This document shows, piece after piece, positions 1-7,885 of a DNA stretch of 64,000 nt (positions are counted from its first letter, which is position 1; each line of letters begins with the position of its first letter). The stretch spans positions 1,909 to 65,908 of IMG/VR virus record IMGVR_UViG_3300020156_000026; one strand, 5' to 3'. A model generated the notes under the pieces. The model worked only from the letters and a program-made list of their open reading frames with translations, had not been told where the DNA came from and made no database searches. Source of the stretch: a virus. Taxonomy: Duplodnaviria; Caudoviricetes. Both the position numbers and the translations under genes were made by a program.

Positions 1-929
1 TAAGGCTATCTTTTGGAATTGTGTCGTGACTATTTTCTGGGAACTAGCCTAGCTAACCAACTATCCACAATGGGAAAGGTTGGACCCCTCGCCGCTCTAA
101 TCACGTCTAACACGCGCCGCGCCTAGTCAGTTCCCTTGCGGGTTCCGCTATAACTTCAATGCTCCATCATACAAGACTAGGGACTGCGCCACGTTCCCGA
201 CCTGTTAATGGACAAGACAGAAACTCAAGACTTGAGAGATAGACTATCCAGCCATATCGCTGGAGAACATCTAGACCTAATTTTCCGCCCCGTGCACCCT
301 AGTGGGTTGTGGCTTATCCCCACCGGAAAAACCGTAGTGGGAAGCAGGAAGTGCCCTAGTCGATAGGCTATGATCCGAGCTTCACGGCTTGCTTCATTCC
401 ATCCCACGAAAGGCGTGGGGAAAGAAACTCATTGGTAGGTTCCTAGTGAGCCGCTAATATCACGGACCGTGTTTCAGTGCCGGACCCACTACAATCTTGC
501 CAGATTGCGCTTCTCGCCACACTTCTAGGGAACCCACCTAGACCGAAACAAGGGGCCGAAGGCACTTGCTCGTTTCGATGATTGAACTATCCCACAACGA
601 AAAGGTTCCGCATACATTTTATTTTCTAACAAACACACAAAAAGAGAAACATTTTTGCTAAATCCCGACTGATATGGCCCATTGGTAGAAAATCCTTCCT
701 AATCCCCTTTCCACCCCTTGAAACCTTAGGGCAAATCACCTGCCGGTTTCCACCCCTTCCAAGCCCAATCTGGACGCCTTTCGGACCGCCTTCCTACCGT
801 CCAGACCGCCGGTTCCACCCATAGGGCGCTCGCCAGGTTTATGCAAAAATGCTATGACTGACAAATAACCTATGCAATTTCTGCATACCTTTATCGCGGG
901 ATATAAAGAACACCTGCGCGAATACATAC

Positions 930-958
930 ATTATAGCATATGTCAAGCCCTAGTCCAA
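930..958 (-). promoter_or_regulatory. Leftward sigma70-type promoter
   Basis: Minus strand reads TTGGAC-17 nt-TATAAT with an extended -10 (TGC); a TTGACA hexamer also lies inside the spacer. Confidence 0.55.
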
Positions 959-973
959 TCAATTATGGTTACA

Positions 974-1079
974 GTTGTATATATTCCGTGATACAACTCC
1001 AGGTTGTACCTTAGCAATCACAGATATATCCAATGGTCAATACACAATATGTAACACTTGTATTTGTTTTGTGATACAA
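974..1079. promoter_or_regulatory. Two palindromic operator-like sites, TTGTAT-N10-ATACAA
   Basis: GTTGTAT-10 nt-ATACAAC at 974-997 and TTGTAT-10 nt-ATACAA at 1058-1079. Confidence 0.45.
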
Positions 1080-1128
1080 CCCATAAGTATATCCTATTGA
1101 CAAGCAAACCTGGCCCCTGGAGGGGATA

Positions 1129-1221
1129 CCTCAAGAAAATCACTACTTTCCTCAAGCATAGATATACCTCAAGTGTAGATCAAATATACTTTCCTCAAGT
1201 ATAGGACAAATATACCTCAAG
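1129..1221 (+). repeat. Five direct CCTCAAG repeats in an AT-rich non-coding region
   Basis: Copies start at 1129, 1150, 1167, 1193 and 1215; a further copy is at 1680, with variants at 1695 and 1713. Confidence 0.75.
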
Positions 1222-1473
1222 TAATTCCATGCTAAATCCTCTGGGATATGCTCCATTATTCTTCCCCCTCAGGTGATTTTTTCTTAGGGCTTCATAGGGT
1301 ATACCTAGCCCCGAGTGGACAGGGGGTATGCTTATGGTTTATATACAAGGAAGACATATTTTTCAATTATTTAGCTGTCAAAATCACTATGCAGAAGTAC
1401 TAGTAGAAATCTGTATATTCTAGTAGTATCGTCAAATTCATAGTATAAATTGAAGTATAGTTAACCTGTATAT

Positions 1474-1503
1474 TTGACATGATTGTACCTTTTATTGTAA
1501 AAT
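1474..1503 (+). promoter_or_regulatory. Possible second rightward sigma70 promoter
   Basis: TTGACA-18 nt-TAAAAT. Confidence 0.4.
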
Positions 1504-1537
1504 ATAAAGAAACTTCTGTTTTGTTGTACGATTTTAC

Positions 1538-1566
1538 TTGACAGAGTTTTAGAAATATGGTATAAT
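1538..1566 (+). promoter_or_regulatory. Consensus sigma70 promoter upstream of the packaging/virion operon
   Basis: TTGACA-17 nt-TATAAT, with TGG before the -10. Confidence 0.85.
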
Positions 1567-1819
1567 TATACATATAGACAAAGTGAAATTCAAATAGCTA
1601 TGTGCTTACGACTTGACTATCACTTTTGATTTTGAATTTATTCTTGGTACCATCATTGTACAAAGTTAGTTACTTAGTTCCTCAAGTCTGAACACCTCAA
1701 CGACTTTGACTTCCTCAATACATCTACTGTTTCACTCCGTGTGTTTAGCTACGCACGAACGTTAGGCTCTTCGTGTAATACACGTAAGGGCTTTTATTTT
1801 TTTAAGGAGTATTTTCACT

Positions 1820-2158
1820 TTGATACTTTCATATATCCCTGCGGGAACTATGATCTATGATCAGGGAATACCAAAGGTGCAGGTTGTTAAACCAATTCAC
1901 CTTACTCAAATCCTTGAGGCTGAGATGTTTTGGCTTGTTGATGAGCAAAGGCATCCAGAGCCTAATACAGAGATCCCTTTATTTGTTATGCAATACTTGA
2001 GGGACAGAGCAGAGGAGGTCCATTTATGGAACACGATCAAGAAGAAGTTTCCACTTCCACCAATATCCTTAAGTTCCCTGATATCTATCAATACAATGAA
2101 ACCACAGAAAGTATCGCAGTGGAAAAAGTATTTGAAGGTATTCAAGCTAACAACGTAG
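1820..2158 (+). CDS. Hypothetical protein
   Basis: AAGGAG upstream of a TTG start; long overlap with the next ORF lowers confidence. Confidence 0.4.
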   Translation: MILSYIPAGTMIYDQGIPKVQVVKPIHLTQILEAEMFWLVDEQRHPEPNTEIPLFVMQYLRDRAEEVHLWNTIKKKFPLPPISLSSLISINTMKPQKVSQWKKYLKVFKLTT

Positions 2159-2289
2159 ATACTGTTATTGTGTTGGGATATACCAAGAATGGTGAGGAAT
2201 ACTTTGCTTCCTCTATTTCCGATGGTGGAACTATCCTCTGGCTTATAGAACGATTGAAAAAGAGACTTCTGGAATTTCCAGATGAATAA
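2026..2289 (+). CDS. Hypothetical phage protein
   Basis: GGAGG RBS; protein-like 87 aa ORF. Confidence 0.7.
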   Translation: MEHDQEEVSTSTNILKFPDIYQYNETTESIAVEKVFEGIQANNVDTVIVLGYTKNGEEYFASSISDGGTILWLIERLKKRLLEFPDE

Positions 2290-2300
2290 GGAGTAATTAT

Positions 2301-2390
2301 ATGATCACCACTCTTGTTATTGTTGGTGTAGTAGTCCTCGTTGGTTTGTTTGTTTACCTTAAGCTTCTTGCTGATGGTATGTCCCGATGA
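2301..2390 (+). CDS. 29 aa single-TM peptide (not in the ORF track)
   Basis: AAGGAG RBS; MITTLVIVGVVVLVGLFVYLKLLADGMSR; ATGA overlap with the next gene. Confidence 0.65.
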   Translation: MITTLVIVGVVVLVGLFVYLKLLADGMSR

Positions 2391-2584
2391 GTGAAGCTAA
2401 AGAAGTTTTGATTTCTTATTTGGATTGGGACGAGTGGGGCAACCCCGTCGATAAGGTCCGGAAGGAAAAGATCACAGAAGACTATATTGCCCTTGGTGGG
2501 AATTTCTTCTCCAATCACGATACAGATCTTGGCGATGGCCAACTATACCTAGGAAAGAGAATTGATGTCCGAAGAGAAGATTGA
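2387..2584 (+). CDS. Hypothetical protein
   Basis: Tightly packed in the operon. Confidence 0.6.
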   Translation: MSEAKEVLISYLDWDEWGNPVDKVRKEKITEDYIALGGNFFSNHDTDLGDGQLYLGKRIDVRRED

Positions 2585-2993
2585 TCTTGTAGCTGACGTA
2601 ACAAACAAGAAGACTGGCCTAACGGAACGCGAGGAATACTTCCTTGATATTCTGTTTGACAAGCATCGTGGTAACGTCCGAGCTGCAATGGATGATGCAG
2701 GTTATCCCAAGGGTACTGCAACCCGAGAGGTCGCGACAAAGCTAAAGGATCACATTGTCCTAGCTACTAAAGCCTACATGGCATCACAAACAGCCAAGGC
2801 TTCCATTTCTGTTGTTTCTGTGTTGGATGACCCTACGGCTCCCGGTCAGACTCAGGTCTTGAAGGCAGCTAAGGAAATCCTTGACCGTACTGGTGTCCAG
2901 ACGGAAGAGAAGACAGAGAAGACTGTAGAACGGAATATTGTTGTGTTGCCACCTAAGGGTAGAGTAACTATTGAAGCTGAAGGAGAAGAATAA
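2562..2993 (+). CDS. Putative terminase small subunit
   Basis: LTEREEYFLD...AAMDDAGY HTH-like start and AAKEILDRTG motif; lies upstream of TerL. Confidence 0.6.
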   Translation: MMSEEKIDLVADVTNKKTGLTEREEYFLDILFDKHRGNVRAAMDDAGYPKGTATREVATKLKDHIVLATKAYMASQTAKASISVVSVLDDPTAPGQTQVLKAAKEILDRTGVQTEEKTEKTVERNIVVLPPKGRVTIEAEGEE

Positions 2994-3259
2994 TGGCTGG
3001 TCCAAAGAAGCGTTATGATAATGGCAATAAGTTCTTTAAGCATACTTACAGTGATGGTACTACTTCGCTAGTCCGTAAGAACTCGCCAACTGGTAAGAAG
3101 GCACTTAAGGATGCGCAGGTCGCTGAGCGTACCAATAACAATGGTAAGAACAGCACTAAAGAACTTGAGTCTAAGGCTCGCCGTGAAACCGCTGCAATTT
3201 TTGGTGCAGTAGACGCTAAGGCCAAGGCTCAGATTGCCAAGGATAAAAAGAAGAAGTAA
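2993..3259 (+). CDS. Small basic protein with GNKFFKHT motif
   Basis: TAATG coupling to the upstream gene; Lys-rich. Confidence 0.65.
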   Translation: MAGPKKRYDNGNKFFKHTYSDGTTSLVRKNSPTGKKALKDAQVAERTNNNGKNSTKELESKARRETAAIFGAVDAKAKAQIAKDKKKK

Positions 3260-3366
3260 TGAACTGGTTCCCCTTCCTCTACTTGGGCGGCCTTTATTCT
3301 CTGTTTCCCATTACTTTTGTTCTGATTGGCCTCCTTTATAAATACGCAGGAAATCAAAATGACTGA
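3259..3366 (+). CDS. 35 aa hydrophobic peptide (not in the ORF track)
   Basis: TAATG coupling; MNWFPFLYLGGLYSLFPITFVLIGLLYKYAGNQND. Confidence 0.5.
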   Translation: MNWFPFLYLGGLYSLFPITFVLIGLLYKYAGNQND

Positions 3367-5251
3367 ACAAACAGCAGTGCTGAAAATGGAGAGATGGCCG
3401 TCCTACAGACGGAAGATCCCCTACGGGACAGTTAAGACTGGTTACATTGTTAATCCAGAAGATCCCCTAGAACTTATCCCAGACCCTGAACAGATTGCTT
3501 GGATTGAACAGGCATTTGATTATCTGGAGGGTGGTTCCTCGCTTCGTGAAGTATCCGAATGGGTAGGACAGAAGCTTAAGAGAAGTGTAGCCCACCAGAC
3601 CCTCAGCAATCTTTATCGTGTACACCGAAAGCCTCATGTCCGCACAAAGACACAGAAGCGCAAGGGTGTTAAGCGCACGAAGGAAAGTATTGAACTAGCC
3701 ACCGCTAAGATGAAGGCCACACAGGCTCTCAAAAAGGCTAATGAACTCGAAGCCAAACGCGCGAAACAGGCTAAAAGATTAAAGACAGAAGATTACGACA
3801 TCCCTCCTGCACCTAAACCTGAAAAGGAAATCAAGGTATTTGAGGATGCTCCTGCTTCTGTGAATATTGTATTTAAACCTAACCCAGGTCCACAAACGTG
3901 GTTCCTTATGGCTGAAGAGCCAGAGGTTCTATATGGAGGCGCAGCCGGTGGAGGTAAGTCATACGCTATGTTGGCTGACCCCATGCGCTACTTTGAAAAC
4001 CCCAACTTCGTTGGTTTGCTGTTGCGTCGTACGAACGACGAACTCCGTGAGCTGAAGTGGGAAAGTCAAAAGCTTTACCCAAAGGCGTTCCCCGGAGCTG
4101 TCTGGAAAGAAAAAGATTCTATGTGGGTTTTCCCCTCCGGGGCTAAATTCTGGATGACGTACTTGGAGCGTGACGACGATGTCATGCGTTACCAAGGACA
4201 GGCGTTTACATGGATCGGTGTTGACGAACTCACACAGTATGCTACGCCATTCGCGTGGACATATCTTAAGTCTCGTCTCCGTACAGCAGACCCTACTCTT
4301 CCTCTCTCCATGAGAGCTACAACTAACCCCGGTGGTCCCGGCCATCAATGGGTTAAGAAGATGTTTGTTGATCCTGCTGTTCCCGGCCAAGACTTTTGGG
4401 CGCGCGACATCAATACGAATGAAATTCTTGTGTACCCTAAAGGTCACGCTAAGGAAGGTCAGCCACTCTTTAAGAGACGATTCATTCCGGCCAAACTCTC
4501 TGACAATCCCTTCCTCTCTGAGGATGGTGTTTATGAAGCTTCACTTCTTGGTCTTCCTGAAGATCAACGTCGTAAGCTTCTAGATGGTGATTGGTCTGTT
4601 ATGGAAGGTGCTGCTTTCCCGGAATTCAACCCTACCATTCATGTCGTAGAGCCTTTTGACATTCCTGATGGTTGGCGCAAGTTCCGTTCAGGAGACTTTG
4701 GTTACTCTTCAGCCTCTGCTGTTTTGTGGTTTGCCATTGATCCTGAGGGCCAGCTTGTTGTTTACAGGGAATTGTACACTTCTAAGAAGACTGGTGTAGA
4801 ACTGGCTCACATGGTCCTTAATGCAGAAGCAGGTGACTCCATCTCGTATGGTATCCTCGATAGTTCCGTATGGCACCAGAGAGGCCACTACGGCCCGTCC
4901 ATCGCAGAAGAGATGATGGCAGAGGGTTGCCGCTGGCGTCCTTCAGATCGCGGTCAGGGGTCACGTGTGGCCGGTAAAAACCGATTGCATGAGCTATTGA
5001 AGGTTAACCCTTCTACCGGCAAACCCGGCTTGGTTATTTTCAATACGTGTCGTCAACTTCTTGCCGACCTTCCTATGATCCCTGCTGATCCTAATGGTGG
5101 TGATGATATTGATGATCGTTATGCAAGTGACCACACTTATGATGCTTTGCGTTATGGAATTATGTCACGTCCTCGTCCGGGTCACATCTTGGATTGGGGA
5201 ACTAAGCCAATGCACAAATACACCCCCGCTGATCCGATCTTTGGGTATTAA
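3359..5251 (+). CDS. terL: Terminase large subunit with an N-terminal HTH-like extension
   Basis: Walker A YGGAAGGGKS, Walker B IGVDE, coupling motif TTNPGG, nuclease residues GDFGY...DHTYDALRY; start placed at the ATG after AGGA. Confidence 0.95.
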   Translation: MTEQTAVLKMERWPSYRRKIPYGTVKTGYIVNPEDPLELIPDPEQIAWIEQAFDYLEGGSSLREVSEWVGQKLKRSVAHQTLSNLYRVHRKPHVRTKTQKRKGVKRTKESIELATAKMKATQALKKANELEAKRAKQAKRLKTEDYDIPPAPKPEKEIKVFEDAPASVNIVFKPNPGPQTWFLMAEEPEVLYGGAAGGGKSYAMLADPMRYFENPNFVGLLLRRTNDELRELKWESQKLYPKAFPGAVWKEKDSMWVFPSGAKFWMTYLERDDDVMRYQGQAFTWIGVDELTQYATPFAWTYLKSRLRTADPTLPLSMRATTNPGGPGHQWVKKMFVDPAVPGQDFWARDINTNEILVYPKGHAKEGQPLFKRRFIPAKLSDNPFLSEDGVYEASLLGLPEDQRRKLLDGDWSVMEGAAFPEFNPTIHVVEPFDIPDGWRKFRSGDFGYSSASAVLWFAIDPEGQLVVYRELYTSKKTGVELAHMVLNAEAGDSISYGILDSSVWHQRGHYGPSIAEEMMAEGCRWRPSDRGQGSRVAGKNRLHELLKVNPSTGKPGLVIFNTCRQLLADLPMIPADPNGGDDIDDRYASDHTYDALRYGIMSRPRPGHILDWGTKPMHKYTPADPIFGY

Positions 5252-5263
5252 GGAGATTACTAA

Positions 5264-5542
5264 ATGAAATGGAGAGGTCGTAGACAGTCCAAAAACGTTC
5301 ACGTTCAGACCTACAAAGAGGCAGAGGCAGCTTCCTACAAGTATGCACAGTATAATCGGGCAAAGTCTTCCGGTCGTGCACTAAGCCCTGAGCCGATTGA
5401 GTCTAACAATGACAAGACAGTAATTGAAGAGAGAACTGCATCCCTTCGAAATCCCGGTAGACATACCCGCGCAACTAAGCGACCAGTGGATAATTCCTCT
5501 AAGGGTAACAAATTCTTTAAGCATACGGAGAAGGACTTTTAA
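5264..5542 (+). CDS. Small basic protein with GNKFFKHT motif
   Basis: AAGGAG RBS; lies between terL and portal. Confidence 0.7.
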   Translation: MKWRGRRQSKNVHVQTYKEAEAASYKYAQYNRAKSSGRALSPEPIESNNDKTVIEERTASLRNPGRHTRATKRPVDNSSKGNKFFKHTEKDF

Positions 5543-5545
5543 ACA

Positions 5546-7669
5546 ATGGCATCATTTATGGATGATATCGGCGATCTTGGAATGGAATTGAATACTGAAA
5601 CCGAGGCTACGGTATCCACCAGTGTTGCCGTTGAAGAAGCAGGTAATTCTCACGAAGATCAGAGTAAGTATTCTAAGCTTGTGACCCTCATTAAAGAGGA
5701 ATTTTACCGTTCTCAGATAAAAAGACAGTCAGATGAGGCTCGTTGGATCGAATGCTACCGGAATTACCGGGGTGTATACGGCTCAACAACCCAATTCACT
5801 TCCACAGAGAAGTCGAAAGCCTTCATTAAGATCACTAAAACTAAGGTTCAGGCTGCTCAAGCACAGATGGCAGACGTTTTGTTTGCTGGAAATCGTTTTC
5901 CGATTGCAGTTGAACCCCTAAAACTCCCTATTGCGGCCCCAGAGTCCGTACATTTTGACCCAAATAAGCCTTCCGATGGTGGTCCGAAAAGTAATCCTCA
6001 GATGCCCCCGGATATTGCTAAGATTATGGGACCAAAAAGAAAGACTTTGGAGCGTGTGAAGGACCAATTGCAGGAAGGTACGGGTCTTACGCCCTCTTCT
6101 GTCACTTGGGAGCCCGCTCGTGATGCTGCTCGTAAGATGGATAAGCAAATTCAGGATCAATTGGACGAGTCTAACGCAAGTAAGTCTCTCCGATCCCTCC
6201 TTTTTGAACTTGCCCTCTTCGGTCATGGCATTTACAAGGGTCCTTTCGCTATGGATAAGGAATATCCTAAGTGGGATGAGACTGGAGCATATTCTCCGAT
6301 CAAAAAGACTATCCCACACGTAGAGTTTGTCTCTATTTGGGATGCTTATCCTGATGCAGATGCACGTAATATGGACGAATGTGAAAAGTTCATCCAGCGT
6401 CATCGTCTTTCTCGCTCCGCCCTTAGGGGTCTAAAGAAGCGCCCTTTCTTCCGTGGTAAGAATATTGAAGCCCTTATTGATGAAGGGGCTAACTATTCCA
6501 CTGAAGATTGGGAAACAATTATTACAGATAAGAGTGATACTACTACCCATGAACGTTGGGAAGTTCTAGAATATTGGGGTATCGTTGATGCCGAAATTGC
6601 TAAGGAAGCTGGTCTTAAGATCCCCCGGCAGTTTAAAGATCTCGATCAGGTCCAAGTAAACGCTTGGGTGTCTGGTGGTCACATTATTCGACTGGTCTTC
6701 AACCCGTTCACTCCAATGCGTATCCCTTATCATTCTGTACCTTACGAAGCTAACCCTTATTCCTTCTTTGGAATTGGCGTAGCAGAGAACATGTTCGATA
6801 CTCAGTTGCTCATGAATGGTTTCATGCGATTGGCTGTAGATAACGCTGCATTGTCCTCTAACGTCATCTTTGAAGTGAATGAAGATTACCTTGTTCCGGG
6901 ACAGACTATGGAACTATATCCGGGTAAGATCTTCCGCCGTTCAGGTGGTGCCCCCGGTCAGGCAATTAATGCACAGAAGATTGATAACGTCACTAACGAA
7001 ACGTTGGCCCTCTTCGATAAGGCACGTCAGCTTGCTGATGAGTCCACTGGTCTACCCTCCTACTCACATGGTGTCACAGGCGTACAGTCTACTAACCGTA
7101 CTGCTTCTGGTATGTCCATGCTAATGGGTGCTGCCGCACAGAATATTAAAGCTGTTGTCCGTAATATCGATGACTACTTGCTCACACCACTTGGTCGTGA
7201 CTTGTTTGCATTCAACATGCAGTTTAACTTCGATAAGGACTTCATTGGTGATATCTCTGTCGTAGCTAAGGGTACAGAGTCTCTGATGCGAAATGAAATT
7301 CGTTCTCAGCGTCTTCTTCAGCTTGCACAGTTTGCTGCTCCTAATCCTTCAATGGCTCCGCTAATCAAGTGGGATTACATCCTACGCGAATACGCTGCGT
7401 CCCTTGATCTGGATGAAGATAAGGTCGTCAATGACCCTCGTGAAGCTGCAATTCAAGCTTCTGAAATGGCTGCTCGTCAGGCTACTATGATGCCTCCGCA
7501 ACCTCCGGGTCAAGGTGGTAATCCTAATCAGCCCGGACAAGGTCCTCAACTTCCACAGCTTCCAAGTGGACAAGGAGCCCCAGGGGTAGCTGATCCTACT
7601 GGTACTGGTGGTGGGAATATCGCCCCCGGTAATGCTCCCGAACCCGGTGCAGAAGGATTTACTGGATGA
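5546..7669 (+). CDS. Portal protein
   Basis: 707 aa, follows terL; SFFGIGVAE and RTASGMSMLM motifs typical of podoviral portals; Pro/Gln/Gly-rich tail. Confidence 0.9.
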   Translation: MASFMDDIGDLGMELNTETEATVSTSVAVEEAGNSHEDQSKYSKLVTLIKEEFYRSQIKRQSDEARWIECYRNYRGVYGSTTQFTSTEKSKAFIKITKTKVQAAQAQMADVLFAGNRFPIAVEPLKLPIAAPESVHFDPNKPSDGGPKSNPQMPPDIAKIMGPKRKTLERVKDQLQEGTGLTPSSVTWEPARDAARKMDKQIQDQLDESNASKSLRSLLFELALFGHGIYKGPFAMDKEYPKWDETGAYSPIKKTIPHVEFVSIWDAYPDADARNMDECEKFIQRHRLSRSALRGLKKRPFFRGKNIEALIDEGANYSTEDWETIITDKSDTTTHERWEVLEYWGIVDAEIAKEAGLKIPRQFKDLDQVQVNAWVSGGHIIRLVFNPFTPMRIPYHSVPYEANPYSFFGIGVAENMFDTQLLMNGFMRLAVDNAALSSNVIFEVNEDYLVPGQTMELYPGKIFRRSGGAPGQAINAQKIDNVTNETLALFDKARQLADESTGLPSYSHGVTGVQSTNRTASGMSMLMGAAAQNIKAVVRNIDDYLLTPLGRDLFAFNMQFNFDKDFIGDISVVAKGTESLMRNEIRSQRLLQLAQFAAPNPSMAPLIKWDYILREYAASLDLDEDKVVNDPREAAIQASEMAARQATMMPPQPPGQGGNPNQPGQGPQLPQLPSGQGAPGVADPTGTGGGNIAPGNAPEPGAEGFTG

Positions 7670-7884
7670 GACTAACAGACGCTCGAAACTTTAACATTTT
7701 GGTCAATCACCCTGACTCATACGAAGCCCTTAGGCAGTATGCAGATTTTAGGATTGCCAAGCTTATGAACGATTTCCTCACTGCTCAAACCATTGAGGAA
7801 GTCAAATCCCTTCAAAAGGCAATTGAGGAACTCAAAAGGCTCAAGAACCTGAGGGAAGAGGTCAACAGTCCTACAGGAGATTAA
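7666..7884 (+). CDS. Small head-module protein
   Basis: ATGA overlap with the portal gene; coiled-coil character. Confidence 0.7.
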   Translation: MRLTDARNFNILVNHPDSYEALRQYADFRIAKLMNDFLTAQTIEEVKSLQKAIEELKRLKNLREEVNSPTGD

Positions 7885-7885
7885 T

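Noticed and set aside
1-930. ORFs 225..407 and 736..927, and possible tRNA/ncRNA
   Set aside because: No RBS or recognisable motif and no cloverleaf found by eye. Several hairpins exist but I cannot assign them.
3359-3700. Serine integrase suggesting a temperate lifestyle
   Set aside because: Only a DNA-binding-like segment fused to TerL; no catalytic domain, repressor or att context.
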